DNA of 53,970 bases from Thermoplasmatota archaeon. Its GTDB lineage: Archaea > Thermoplasmatota > Thermoplasmata > Thermoplasmatales > ARK-15. Made by a program: the position numbers and the translations under genes. The stretch spans positions 1 to 53,970 of the forward strand of contig JAVRLB010000002.1 of NCBI GenBank assembly GCA_031961865.1, written 5' to 3'. Under the pieces are notes generated by a model. That model was not told where the DNA came from. It saw nothing but the letters and a program-made list of their open reading frames with translations, and searched no databases. The number at the start of each line of letters is the position of its first letter. Within the stretch, counting starts at the first letter, position 1. Below are positions 10,212 through 19,330 of this stretch, piece after piece.

Positions 10212-10610
10212 CTATAATATCGTAGAGGCTATCGCTGCAATTCTGGGCCATCTTTCTGCAGCTTCTCTAGAAACTGGGCCCTTGATCTCAGTTCCCTTCG
10301 TCTCACCCGTTTCTGTTACAATTACTGCAGCATTATCTTCAAATCTAACCCATAATCCATCTGCCCTTCTAAATGGCCTTTTTTGTCTTATTACAACTGC
10401 CCTGAGCACCTTTTTTCGCATTTCTGGATTTCCTCTTTTCACGCTTACCACTATCGCATCTCCAACACCTGCTGCAGGCTGCCTGTTTTTTGTGTTATGA
10501 TAAGTTAGCACGGTGATTATCTCAATTATCTTGGCACCAGTGTTATCTGCGCATTCTAATTCTGCTCCAGTGGGTAATCCACGAGTCTGTTTTCCAGCTA
10601 AACCTTTCAT
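10212..10610 (-). CDS. rpl14: 50S ribosomal protein uL14
   Basis: 132 aa. [10 protein letters not shown] signature. Confidence 0.93.
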   Translation of the reverse strand: MKGLAGKQTRGLPTGAELECADNTGAKIIEIITVLTYHNTKNRQPAAGVGDAIVVSVKRGNPEMRKKVLRAVVIRQKRPFRRADGLWVRFEDNAAVIVTETGETKGTEIKGPVSREAAERWPRIAAIASTIL

Positions 10611-10621
10611 TTTAAATCACC

Positions 10622-10939
10622 TTATAATTTTTCTATTACTACAAACGACACGGTCTTTGACAACGGTCTGCATTCCATTATCTTTACCTTGTCTCCAATA
10701 TTCACCTTTATGCAATCTGGCAAATGTGCATGATATTTGCCGCTCTCTTTCTTGTATCGCTCGTATTTTTTGTCATACCTGTGAAACTCTTTTTTTACCA
10801 CTACTGTTTTATTCATCTTGTCCGATTCTACCACACCCTCAATAATCTGCCCCCTTACACTCAATGATCCATGAAATGGACAGTTTTTGTCATGGCATTC
10901 GGACTCAGGTGCCTTCACATCTATACCGATATTTTTCAT
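10622..10939 (-). CDS. rps17: 30S ribosomal protein uS17
   Basis: OB-fold S17-like sequence. The ORF-track start at 10948 is TTG. The ATG at 10939 (MKNIGIDV) is preceded by a GGAGGA SD. Confidence 0.9.
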   Translation of the reverse strand: MKNIGIDVKAPESECHDKNCPFHGSLSVRGQIIEGVVESDKMNKTVVVKKEFHRYDKKYERYKKESGKYHAHLPDCIKVNIGDKVKIMECRPLSKTVSFVVIEKL

Positions 10940-10941
10940 AT

Positions 10942-11199
10942 TTAACAATCCTCCATTTTAACAAATTTTGAAATTCTCTCATAAGGTCTTAACATCAATT
11001 TCGTGCCATCAATCAAATAATTATCTATTTTGTAAACCGTGCCTTTTTTTGGTATCTTTAATATCCTGTCAGATATTTCGATATAAACCATGTTTTTTGT
11101 TTCATCTACTATCTTTCCCTCTAACCCACAATGTAATGGATTGCAAGATTTTAATATCTTGACATCGAACCCAATCAGCTCGGTTGCATAATAATTCAT
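10942..11199 (-). CDS. rnp1: RNase P protein component 1 (Rpp29/Pop4)
   Basis: 85 aa. [34 protein letters not shown] matches the Rpp29 Sm-like core. Conserved position upstream of rps17. Confidence 0.8.
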   Translation of the reverse strand: MNYYATELIGFDVKILKSCNPLHCGLEGKIVDETKNMVYIEISDRILKIPKKGTVYKIDNYLIDGTKLMLRPYERISKFVKMEDC

Positions 11200-11462
11200 T
11201 TTGTATCTACCTTGTAACCTAAATCTTCTAATATCTTCTTCACTCTTTCTCTCTGATCTCCCTGCAACTCAATTCTGCCATCTTTCGCAGTTCCACCTGT
11301 TGCAGTTTTCCTTTTTAGCGTTGTTGCAAGTTCTGAAATATCCACACTCTTGAGATCAAACCCCGCGATTACAGTCATATACTTTCCATATCTGCGTTTT
11401 GTAACTGAGATTTTTAATACGTTAGAATCAATAGGATTTATTATGCCATCTTCTATTTTCAT
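11196..11462 (-). CDS. SUI1/eIF1-family translation factor
   Basis: 88 aa. TATGGTAKDGRIELQGDQRERVKKILEDLGY is the SUI1 C-terminal signature. The gene is embedded between rpl29 and rnp1. Confidence 0.8.
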   Translation of the reverse strand: MKIEDGIINPIDSNVLKISVTKRRYGKYMTVIAGFDLKSVDISELATTLKRKTATGGTAKDGRIELQGDQRERVKKILEDLGYKVDTK

Positions 11463-11663
11463 TTATTTCTTTTCCTCCCGGGTAATAGTCTCTATTCTCG
11501 CTATCTGCCTTCTCAAAGATTTTATTTTGCCTGGATTGTATGGGGCACCGCCCATCGAGGATATTCCACGCTCATGCAATAGCTCAGCTCTCAACTCATC
11601 AAGCTTCTTTGCAAGATCTTCTTTATTCAACTGCCTTATCTCCTTCGCTCTTAGCTCCGCCAT
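11463..11663 (-). CDS. rpl29: 50S ribosomal protein uL29
   Basis: 66 aa. LRAKEIRQLNKEDLAKKLDELRAELL signature. Confidence 0.9.
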   Translation of the reverse strand: MAELRAKEIRQLNKEDLAKKLDELRAELLHERGISSMGGAPYNPGKIKSLRRQIARIETITREEKK

Positions 11664-12276
11664 TTTTATTACTCTCCTTTACTTCCTTCTTTTCAACAAT
11701 AGTAATTTCATCAGGCAACTTTTTATCAGGGGTTAGAATCTTTACAGTCACTCCTATTATTCCTGGCTTTGTCTTCGCTACGGCATATCCTACAAACATA
11801 CTTTCTGCAGGTTTGCCAGAATACTTTATCTTCCCCGCTGTGAACTTCTCTCTTCTGCCCCTATCTCCTCCAATCTTACCTCCAATCACTATTTGAGCGC
11901 CTTTTGCACCAGAATCCATTATTCTCTTTAATGTCGAGTGTCCTGCTCTCCTAAAATGCCAGCCTGATTCTAATGCAGATGCAATCTTTTTAGCCATTAT
12001 TAAGCTGTTCAAGTTAGGATTGTCAGATTGCCTGACTTCTATCTGTGGATTTTCAATGTTGTATTCTTTCTCGATCACAGATGTGATCTCTTTGATCTTG
12101 TCTCCTTTCTTCCCTATCACTAAACCTGGCTTCTCTACTTCCAGTATTATCCTCGTGCCTAAAGGAGTTCTCTGGATCTCTATACCACCAAAGCCGGCAG
12201 CGTCTGTTGCTTTCTTTAAATACTCTTTTAATAGCACTCTCTTTATGTTTTCCTGTATAAATTTACGCTCATTCAT
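11623..12276 (-). CDS. rps3: 30S ribosomal protein uS3
   Basis: 217 aa. KH-domain block IILEVEKPGLVIGKKG. The 3' end overlaps rpl29 by 41 nt. Confidence 0.92.
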   Translation of the reverse strand: MNERKFIQENIKRVLLKEYLKKATDAAGFGGIEIQRTPLGTRIILEVEKPGLVIGKKGDKIKEITSVIEKEYNIENPQIEVRQSDNPNLNSLIMAKKIASALESGWHFRRAGHSTLKRIMDSGAKGAQIVIGGKIGGDRGRREKFTAGKIKYSGKPAESMFVGYAVAKTKPGIIGVTVKILTPDKKLPDEITIVEKKEVKESNKNGGAKSEGDKAVE

Positions 12277-12725
12277 TTATTAACTACCTCTTTTGCTATT
12301 ATTTCCACATATACGCGTGTCTTAAAAAACGGTGTTGCTCTACCTTGTGCTCTGGGCATGTATTTTTTCACAGTCCTGGCTTTTTTTGCAAGCACTGAAA
12401 TGAGTTGTATAGAATCTAAATCCAAATCTTGATTCTCAGCATTTGCTTCCAGATTTGCAAGCACTGTCAAAATATATTGCGATACTTTTACCGGATATCG
12501 TGCAGGGCCCATTCCCTTTTGATGACTTACATTTCTCATATAATATTTATATGGTATTGCTTTCTTTTTATCAATTACTAATTTCAGGTAGTCTTTTGCT
12601 TCATTTAAATTCATTCCCTGCAAGAAATTACATACTACTACTGAGTCTTTGAGCGATATTGGAAGATCTACACCTCTTGCTCGCACAATTTTCTCGCCTT
12701 CAATCTGATTTGTGTATCTTAACAT
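12273..12725 (-). CDS. rpl22: 50S ribosomal protein uL22
   Basis: 150 aa. Conserved position between S19 and S3. L22-like sequence. Confidence 0.9.
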   Translation of the reverse strand: MLRYTNQIEGEKIVRARGVDLPISLKDSVVVCNFLQGMNLNEAKDYLKLVIDKKKAIPYKYYMRNVSHQKGMGPARYPVKVSQYILTVLANLEANAENQDLDLDSIQLISVLAKKARTVKKYMPRAQGRATPFFKTRVYVEIIAKEVVNK

Positions 12726-12740
12726 ATTTATATCACCAAT

Positions 12741-13199
12741 TTATTTTAAAGGTACATACTTGGATGACTTGGTAGCACCTACACCCGGACTTGAATGTTT
12801 GATCTCTCGCCTAGTTAGTGAATACTCTCCTAGATAATGACCAATCATCTCAGGCTTGATCTCAAATTCTAAATATTCTTTCCCATTGTGAACCATAACC
12901 CTCTTGCCCACAAACTGTGGAATTATCACAACATCTCTGATGTGAGTCTTAATTACCTCTTTATCAGAATTTAATAGCTTTTCAACTAGCTTGTTCTGCT
13001 CTTCATTCCACCCTCTCTTTAAGGTTCTCCTTGCCCTTGCTGGCAATATCGTGATCAGCTCTTCCATCTTCAATTCAAGCAATTCATCAAGTGTATATCC
13101 TTTATAGCTAAATTCCTTGGCTCGCTCCATCGCGAGCTTCTGCGTTTTTCTCTTTTTTCGCCTTGTTGATTTTGCAGATACAATCATCTTCTTTGCCAT
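12741..13199 (-). CDS. rps19: 30S ribosomal protein uS19
   Basis: 152 aa. HIRDVVIIPQFVGKRVMVHNGKEY signature. Confidence 0.92.
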   Translation of the reverse strand: MAKKMIVSAKSTRRKKRKTQKLAMERAKEFSYKGYTLDELLELKMEELITILPARARRTLKRGWNEEQNKLVEKLLNSDKEVIKTHIRDVVIIPQFVGKRVMVHNGKEYLEFEIKPEMIGHYLGEYSLTRREIKHSSPGVGATKSSKYVPLK

Positions 13200-13203
13200 A
13201 ATT

Positions 13204-13908
13204 TTATCGCCTCTTCAATCTCTTTCTTACAGGCCCGAATCTGCCAGCTTTGCGGCCTGGTGGTGCATTTTTACTGACCGTGCTAGGCCTGCCTACATGC
13301 TGGTGATTTCCACCACCATGTGGATGATTTAAAGCATTCATCGCTACACCTCGAACCGTATAAGGCCTCTTCGCCTTGCTCTGATATGCATGGATCTTGT
13401 TTCCAGCCTTCATAAAAGGCTTTTCTGGTCTGCCAGATCCTGCAGGCTCTCCTATAACAGCCCTGCATCTTGGATCAAACGCACGCATTTGCCCGGATGG
13501 CAAAAGAATCATTACTTTTTCTCCATGTGAAACAATCTGAGCATATGTGCCGGCCGATCTAACAAACTTACCACCATCATTAGGCCTGATCTCTATGTTG
13601 TATACCGTTGTACCATCAGGTATATAACCTAATGGTAAGATATTCCCATTCTTAATCGGCGCATGAATTCCGACTGCAATTTTCTGGCCAACATACATTC
13701 CTGAATGCGCAATCATATCATATTTCTTGTCATTTAATTTAACCACTGCTATCGGTGATGTGTGTGAAACATCATTTTTAATCTCAAGCACTTCTCCTAA
13801 ACCTTCCTCAATAGAAGGATGCTTTATCTCAATCTCGTAATTGTGGCTTGGAGCTAAATACACACCAGTTCCTCTTCCACGCCTTCTGCTTCTAATTCTC
13901 TTTCCCAT
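13204..13908 (-). CDS. rpl2: 50S ribosomal protein uL2
   Basis: NHPHGGGNHQHVGRPSTVS signature. The ORF-track start at 13932 is TTG. The ATG at 13908 (MGKRIRSRRRGRG) follows a GAGGTGA SD. Confidence 0.93.
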   Translation of the reverse strand: MGKRIRSRRRGRGTGVYLAPSHNYEIEIKHPSIEEGLGEVLEIKNDVSHTSPIAVVKLNDKKYDMIAHSGMYVGQKIAVGIHAPIKNGNILPLGYIPDGTTVYNIEIRPNDGGKFVRSAGTYAQIVSHGEKVMILLPSGQMRAFDPRCRAVIGEPAGSGRPEKPFMKAGNKIHAYQSKAKRPYTVRGVAMNALNHPHGGGNHQHVGRPSTVSKNAPPGRKAGRFGPVRKRLKRR

Positions 13909-13918
13909 ATTATTCACC

Positions 13919-14176
13919 TCAGAATATTCCAAGTCTAGTGGCTAGCTCTCCAGCATTGTGTTCTGGAGCTAAAGTGATCATAGCTTTCTTTCCATTTCTC
14001 GTAATCATAGTGTTTATCTTAATTATTTTCATATTGAAAACTTTTTCAAATGCCTCTTTAATCTCTAGCTTTGTTGCGTTTCTCTTAACTATAAAGGTTA
14101 TTTTGTTATCTTTCTCGATTGCAAACAACGATTTTTCAGTAACATAAGGCCTTAATAGTATAGAATATGGATTCAT
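13919..14176 (-). CDS. rpl23: 50S ribosomal protein uL23
   Basis: Conserved position. The ORF-track start at 14185 is a GTG inside a GGTGGA SD. The ATG at 14176 gives MNPYSILLRPYVTEK. Confidence 0.9.
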   Translation of the reverse strand: MNPYSILLRPYVTEKSLFAIEKDNKITFIVKRNATKLEIKEAFEKVFNMKIIKINTMITRNGKKAMITLAPEHNAGELATRLGIF

Positions 14177-14946
14177 ATTTTCCACCTCGCTATGGTATCT
14201 ATAGCATCTTCAGTATAAACAGTCAATCGCCCTACATTGCCACCCGGAGCCAGGTTATACGTATTTAGCTGGTCTACAGACACTATTTCCAGTCCTGACA
14301 GATTCTCAAAACTTTTTAGCGAGCTGGACATGGATTTTACTACCAGCAAAATGCTTCTTGGTGTCTTGTATTTTCTGCCTCTTAATTTTCCTTTTCCAGC
14401 CCTTATCTTCTGGCGATCCTTAGATCTTTCTACATCCTCATAAAGACCTAGGCTATTCAATATTTCTACTGCCTGTTTAGTTGTTGTGATATTTTCAATT
14501 TCGTTTTCCACAATAATAGGAAATGTTATCTCTTCATTAAATTTATGACCCCTGTTTCTTACGGCATCTTTATTTGCAGTTTGTGATAACGCTGAAAACT
14601 TTGCAAGTAGATTTTCTTTTTTGTTTATTTTCTTAGCCCAGTTTCTGTTGCTTCTGGGTGCATGCGCAGTTCTGCCACCGACCATATTACCTAAAAGCAC
14701 ACCACGGTCACCATCTGGCCTGCGCGGTATTCTTGAGCGCCCATGATTAGGCCCCCAGTTATGACCTACACGCCTGGTTCCTGCATATTTATACGCACCA
14801 TAAGGTTGCCTTCCATTTGACTGTATTGCAAGAATGACCTTTTTTATAAGATCTGGCCTGTATGCAAATGTAAATGGCTCTGGCAAATCAATTTGCCCTT
14901 TGATTCCGCCTCTTATATTGTAAACATTAACTTTCACCCAATTCAC
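14173..14946 (-). CDS. rpl4: 50S ribosomal protein uL4
   Basis: 257 aa, L4-like (GRTAHAPR). There is no in-frame ATG near the start. Initiation is probably at GTG 14946 or GTG 14937, downstream of an AGGAG SD, so the exact start is uncertain. Confidence 0.88.
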   Translation of the reverse strand: MNWVKVNVYNIRGGIKGQIDLPEPFTFAYRPDLIKKVILAIQSNGRQPYGAYKYAGTRRVGHNWGPNHGRSRIPRRPDGDRGVLLGNMVGGRTAHAPRSNRNWAKKINKKENLLAKFSALSQTANKDAVRNRGHKFNEEITFPIIVENEIENITTTKQAVEILNSLGLYEDVERSKDRQKIRAGKGKLRGRKYKTPRSILLVVKSMSSSLKSFENLSGLEIVSVDQLNTYNLAPGGNVGRLTVYTEDAIDTIARWKI

Positions 14947-15941
14947 ACTCCTTGTTTAGATTCTCTTGAAATATATGTTATCTTGATATCTTTCACATTC
15001 TCTCCAGACATCCTGATAGGATCTCTAAACCTGATAATTCGCTTCACTGCTCCAGGCACTGAGCCATGAATCAGGATATACGAGTTTTTTACAACCCCAT
15101 AATTTAAGAACCCTCCTGCTGGAGTTATAGGTTCTCCGTTATTGGAAGAATAATAAATTATTCTCTTATTGTATTCAGTTCTCTGCTGATACCCCAGCTG
15201 CCCAGCATTAGGCACAGTGTTCATAACATAGTTAGGGTGCCAGGGCCCAAGCGTTCCAACCATCCTTCTGTGCTTCCTGTTCTTTCTAGGTAACAGTTTC
15301 ACTCCAAATCTTTTTACAGACCCCTGAAATCCTTTCCCTTTTGTAACTGCAATCACATCTACAAATTTTCCAGGTTCTGAAAAATCAGAAAAAGATATCT
15401 CTTTTCCAAGTAACTTAATTGCATAATCTATTTTATCATCTATTTTACCGCCCCCAACCTGCACCTCCATAATCTCCGGTCTCTTTTTAGGCAGTGAAGA
15501 TACGAGATGTGGTTGCGTATAAACAATAAGCCTTACTTCTTCAACCCTGCTTCTGTCCAGATCTTTTAAATCTTTTTCACTCGCTTTTTTTGGTATGCTG
15601 ATCTTCCTTGATAACTCTTTGTCCAGGTTTGCAGTCCATACTTCTTCAAAAATACTTAATCCATATGTTGTACGCTCATAAAACCTTATACCGCACACTT
15701 TCATTGGCGGAACTTCTATTACCGTTACTGGTAATACTATCTCCTGGTTTGCAGTAGTGCTCTTCTTTCTCCAGTCCACTACCACTGCATGGGTCATTCC
15801 CGCCTTATATCCTGCAAATCCTTGAACTTTCGGCCCTTCATCTAATTCAGGCCAAGTAGATATTGTTGGCACTATCTTTTTGGCTCTTTTTCTGGGATAG
15901 TATCCCATAGAGCCTCTCCTAGAATGATTTGGTGTTGCCAT
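14943..15941 (-). CDS. rpl3: 50S ribosomal protein uL3 (first gene of the ribosomal-protein superoperon)
   Basis: 332 aa. TKGKGFQGSVKRFGVK signature. A strong GGAGG SD lies 8 nt upstream of the ATG. Confidence 0.93.
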   Translation of the reverse strand: MATPNHSRRGSMGYYPRKRAKKIVPTISTWPELDEGPKVQGFAGYKAGMTHAVVVDWRKKSTTANQEIVLPVTVIEVPPMKVCGIRFYERTTYGLSIFEEVWTANLDKELSRKISIPKKASEKDLKDLDRSRVEEVRLIVYTQPHLVSSLPKKRPEIMEVQVGGGKIDDKIDYAIKLLGKEISFSDFSEPGKFVDVIAVTKGKGFQGSVKRFGVKLLPRKNRKHRRMVGTLGPWHPNYVMNTVPNAGQLGYQQRTEYNKRIIYYSSNNGEPITPAGGFLNYGVVKNSYILIHGSVPGAVKRIIRFRDPIRMSGENVKDIKITYISRESKQGV

Positions 15942-16056
15942 TTTAATTTCCTCCGAATACTGAATCAGTCGTGACGAATGTTCAGAAAAATCAAAACACT
16001 ATTGATTTCTCTGCCTCGGGAATTCATATAGAATTGTCCCATGATCCGTCTGACTA

Positions 16057-16098
16057 ATCTCTCGTTGAGTAAAAAGAGAGATATTTATGTGGTATAAA
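16057..16098 (-). promoter_or_regulatory. Candidate promoter region of the L3 operon: TATA-like TTTATA (16093-16098 on minus) followed by inverted repeat ATCTCTC-N12-GAGAGAT (16057-16082)
   Basis: Read directly from the sequence. The TATA-like box lies about 150 nt upstream of the rpl3 ATG. The 7-bp perfect inverted repeat lies immediately downstream of it. The TSS is not known. Confidence 0.3.
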
Positions 16099-16184
16099 TA
16101 GTTGTTGATCATATTAAATATATTATAAAATATAGCGGATACAAATATACCGATACAATTTAATAGTTATTACCAATTTCATCA

Positions 16185-16724
16185 ATGATGTATATACTTG
16201 TTGTTGGTATGCCCGGATCCGGCAAAGAAGAGTTTGCGATTGAAGCTCAAAAGCACGGCTATGAGATTGTGAGGATGGGAGACATAGTCAGAAATTACGT
16301 GAAATCATTAGGCTTAAATCTGGAAAACTCAGTAGTTGGCAAGATTGCCAGCGAAGAGAGAATGAATAATGGTATGGATATTTGGGCAAGAAGAACAATT
16401 AAAAATATTCATAATGAAAACACTGTCATAGATGGCATAAGAAATATTGAAGAAATCCAATATTTCAAAGAGCATCTCAAAGATAAATTTATCATTGTAG
16501 GCATATTCGCAAATGAAAAAAAGAGATATGAGAGAATAAAAAACAGGAACCGATCTGACGATCCAAAAACCATCGAAGAATTCAAAGAACGAGATCGCAG
16601 AGAGCTTTCTTGGGGCCTGGCCAATGTGTTCATCCTAGCAGATATAATGCTTTTAAACACAGGCACACTGGAACAGTTCAAGAGCGATATTTCAAAATTA
16701 ATGAATTCTGGATATGAAATGTGA
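16185..16724 (+). CDS. UPF0200-like P-loop nucleotide kinase (dephospho-CoA-kinase-like fold)
   Basis: 179 aa. MMYILVVGMPGSGKEEFAIEAQKHGYEIVRMGDIVRNYV resembles the archaeal UPF0200 family. Function unassigned. Confidence 0.6.
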   Translation: MMYILVVGMPGSGKEEFAIEAQKHGYEIVRMGDIVRNYVKSLGLNLENSVVGKIASEERMNNGMDIWARRTIKNIHNENTVIDGIRNIEEIQYFKEHLKDKFIIVGIFANEKKRYERIKNRNRSDDPKTIEEFKERDRRELSWGLANVFILADIMLLNTGTLEQFKSDISKLMNSGYEM

Positions 16725-17054
16725 AATTGACGAACCAGAGACTGCAGGTTACCTGGATCTTTTCAAAAATAGACTGATTTTGTACTGGCAACTATTAAAA
16801 TCCGGATAACTTTGAGCCACTTAATGTTGCTTTTGCGCCTGTTTTTTAAATAGCCATAAAAAAATCAAAAATAGCACAGCATTCGCAAATAAATATTAAT
16901 GATGAGTTCTTTGATTTCAAATCTGCTGAGAGAGTAGAGGCACCTTTATATCTTGATATTTTTTGCTTTGTGCAACATAGCAGAATTATCATATTCAAGA
17001 TATTAGCATTTTTAATTAATAATATTTAAATATGGATAATATTTCAACAAACTT

Positions 17055-17567
17055 ATGAAAAAGGCACAAATCGGTAAATTAGTAATGCATGTGGGTCTTG
17101 CAATAACAGTATCTTGGTTTATTTATACAATGGCTACGTTTTATGTTGAAATTTCAAACGAGAACAATATAAATTATGTGCTACCTGCATGGGCGAACCT
17201 TCTAAATGGTACTGTTTTTCTACTTTACATGATCTGGATGATTGCCCCGCTAATCATTGTACTTATAGGAGGTGCAATAACAGGCTTGGCTTTAAAAACA
17301 TCAATTGGCAAAGTTTTCATTATAGAAAAGGTACGTGCTGATAAACATAGTGGTATTGTAAGATATCAGAATGTTAAGATGACAGTTCATTCTTCTGATG
17401 ATCTAGCAATAGGTGATCATGTTAAGGTTACAGGAACCGAAAGGGTTTATGCAGGAAGATATAGGACAACTATTTTTCTGGCAAAAAAACTTGATATAAA
17501 CGATCCAGAATATAATAATGTAGAATCAGAAACTGACAATACTAATACTTTAGCTGGATTTACATAG
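17055..17567 (+). CDS. Hypothetical membrane protein, three predicted TM helices plus a C-terminal soluble beta-rich domain (possibly NfeD-like OB fold)
   Basis: 170 aa with ATG start. The hydrophobic N-terminal half is followed by GIVRYQNVKMTVHSSDDLAIGDHVKVTG. No recognisable catalytic motif. Confidence 0.5.
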   Translation: MKKAQIGKLVMHVGLAITVSWFIYTMATFYVEISNENNINYVLPAWANLLNGTVFLLYMIWMIAPLIIVLIGGAITGLALKTSIGKVFIIEKVRADKHSGIVRYQNVKMTVHSSDDLAIGDHVKVTGTERVYAGRYRTTIFLAKKLDINDPEYNNVESETDNTNTLAGFT

Positions 17568-17575
17568 TTACAAAA

Positions 17576-18037
17576 TTAATCAATGCGCTCGAACAATGAA
17601 CGTGAAGCTACCTCACTCTTTACTAAACAGTTTTTGCAAATAAACAAGGTAGTTTTAAAATCCAGGGGTGTAAATACAGGAACTCTGCCATAAATGTATG
17701 TCACTTTATTTTCCAGTTTTTGTTCGTAGCTTTGAGGATTTGAATCAATATCCAATCTCTTTATATATCGATTGCCGTTGAAAAGCAGGTACCAATTTTC
17801 ATCTTTGTTTACATATAATTCTATCCCCTGGTCTGTTCTGATAAGTCCTGCAATGTCAAATTCTTTTTTATACTTTTCAAAGTCAGGATCTTTTTTTTGC
17901 CACCATGGATATTTACCTACTAACTTTAGCGTACCTTCAATATTATATAACAATGCATCACAATACGGACATGTTAAAATCTTTTCATCGTTTATTCTCA
18001 GAGTGGCAAAGCATATTGGGCATTCAACTTTCTTCAT
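17576..18037 (-). CDS. Hypothetical zinc-ribbon protein
   Basis: N-terminal CPICF...CPYC pair and a C-terminal CKNC. The ORF-track start at 18046 is a GTG in the GGTGA SD, and the ATG at 18037 is likely. Overlaps the folP 3' end by 14 nt, so it is probably co-transcribed. Confidence 0.55.
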   Translation of the reverse strand: MKKVECPICFATLRINDEKILTCPYCDALLYNIEGTLKLVGKYPWWQKKDPDFEKYKKEFDIAGLIRTDQGIELYVNKDENWYLLFNGNRYIKRLDIDSNPQSYEQKLENKVTYIYGRVPVFTPLDFKTTLFICKNCLVKSEVASRSLFERID

Positions 18038-19229
18038 AAGTTTCACCGATCACAGATTCATACACTTTCAATATCTCTTTCGTTTCTTTCACATCATGAA
18101 CCCTGATAATTGATGCTCCATTTTGGAGGGCTATTAATATTGTAGCTATGCTCCCTAAAATGCGGTTTTCTACTTTCTCGCCAGTAATCTTACCGATAAA
18201 ACCCTTTCTTGATGTACCGATCAAGATAGGATAACCAAGGCTCCTGAAATCCTGCAATCTGTTAATTATTGTGAGATTATGCACTACCTTTTTGCCAAAT
18301 CCGATGCCTGGATCTACTATGATCTTTTCTGGATCAATACCGTTCAATACTGCATTATTTGACCTCTGATTCAAAAAATCATATATTTCAGATATAGGGT
18401 CTATGTATTCTGGATTATCCTGCATTGTCTTAGGTGTACCCTTCATGTGCATTATAACCGCTCCTGCACCATAATCTTTTATTACCTTAACCATCTTTTC
18501 ATCGCTTAACCCATAGATGTCGTTTATTATCTCTGCACCATTCTGCAGTGCTTTTTCTGCAACTTGCCATTTATATGTGTCAATTGAAATCGGTATTCTG
18601 ACTTTATCTTTAACTGCTTCTAGTACCGGCAAGATCCTATTCAATTCTTCTTCTAATGATAGCGGCTCTGAATAAGGACGTGTACTTTCAGCACCAATAT
18701 CTAAAATATCAGCACCTTCTTTCTCAATCTCTTGTGCTCTTGTTACTGCGTGCTCAATATCAAAATACTTTCCGCCATCATAGAAAGAATCTGGAGTTAC
18801 ATTTAATATTCCCATTATCTTCTTTGGCGGAACCTTTAAATTCATAGTTCTAGTTTTTATAACATAGTCATTTTTCTGAAAATTGTATATTGCCTTCTCA
18901 ATTTCTTCAGATATCTTTTTGCCATTAAATGGCTGTTTTCTCATCTTCGATACCAATATTTCGAGCTCTTTGCCAGACCCGAAAACCAGTGCGTCTGTAG
19001 CTTCAGTTTTTAAAGATACTACGTTCCATGCCAATGCTGCGTCACAACCACAGCTCAAAGATTCCTGTTTTAATATTATGGCATCTTTAATAGGTACATT
19101 CTCAAGTTTTATTGTGAAAAATGTGGTTTTGGGCATCATTATATCGATACCTTCTTTTGCAACCTTGATCTTTTTAAACTCCTCTGTTACCAATTTGCGA
19201 TTCAGTATTTTCACTTGCGCATTGAACAT
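18024..19229 (-). CDS. folP: Dihydropteroate synthase with an extra N-terminal domain of about 135 aa
   Basis: Pterin-binding motifs GILNVTPDSFYDGG and DIGAESTRP, and a C-terminal IIRVHDV. The N-terminal third has no motif I recognise. Confidence 0.85.
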   Translation of the reverse strand: MFNAQVKILNRKLVTEEFKKIKVAKEGIDIMMPKTTFFTIKLENVPIKDAIILKQESLSCGCDAALAWNVVSLKTEATDALVFGSGKELEILVSKMRKQPFNGKKISEEIEKAIYNFQKNDYVIKTRTMNLKVPPKKIMGILNVTPDSFYDGGKYFDIEHAVTRAQEIEKEGADILDIGAESTRPYSEPLSLEEELNRILPVLEAVKDKVRIPISIDTYKWQVAEKALQNGAEIINDIYGLSDEKMVKVIKDYGAGAVIMHMKGTPKTMQDNPEYIDPISEIYDFLNQRSNNAVLNGIDPEKIIVDPGIGFGKKVVHNLTIINRLQDFRSLGYPILIGTSRKGFIGKITGEKVENRILGSIATILIALQNGASIIRVHDVKETKEILKVYESVIGETYEES

Positions 19230-19330
19230 TATTGTTCTTAAATGTATAGTGCTATATGTTTTTTGCTACCCTGATAATGCCTGAATAATAATTTTTGTTA
19301 ACTGCCGGCTTTTTTATGGTACATAGATAT

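Noticed and set aside
16899-16929. C-box-like AATGATGA followed by CTGA in the 330-nt gap after the UPF0200 gene
   Set aside because: The C-to-D spacing is 20 nt, with no C'/D' pair and no terminal stem. It does not fit the box C/D architecture.
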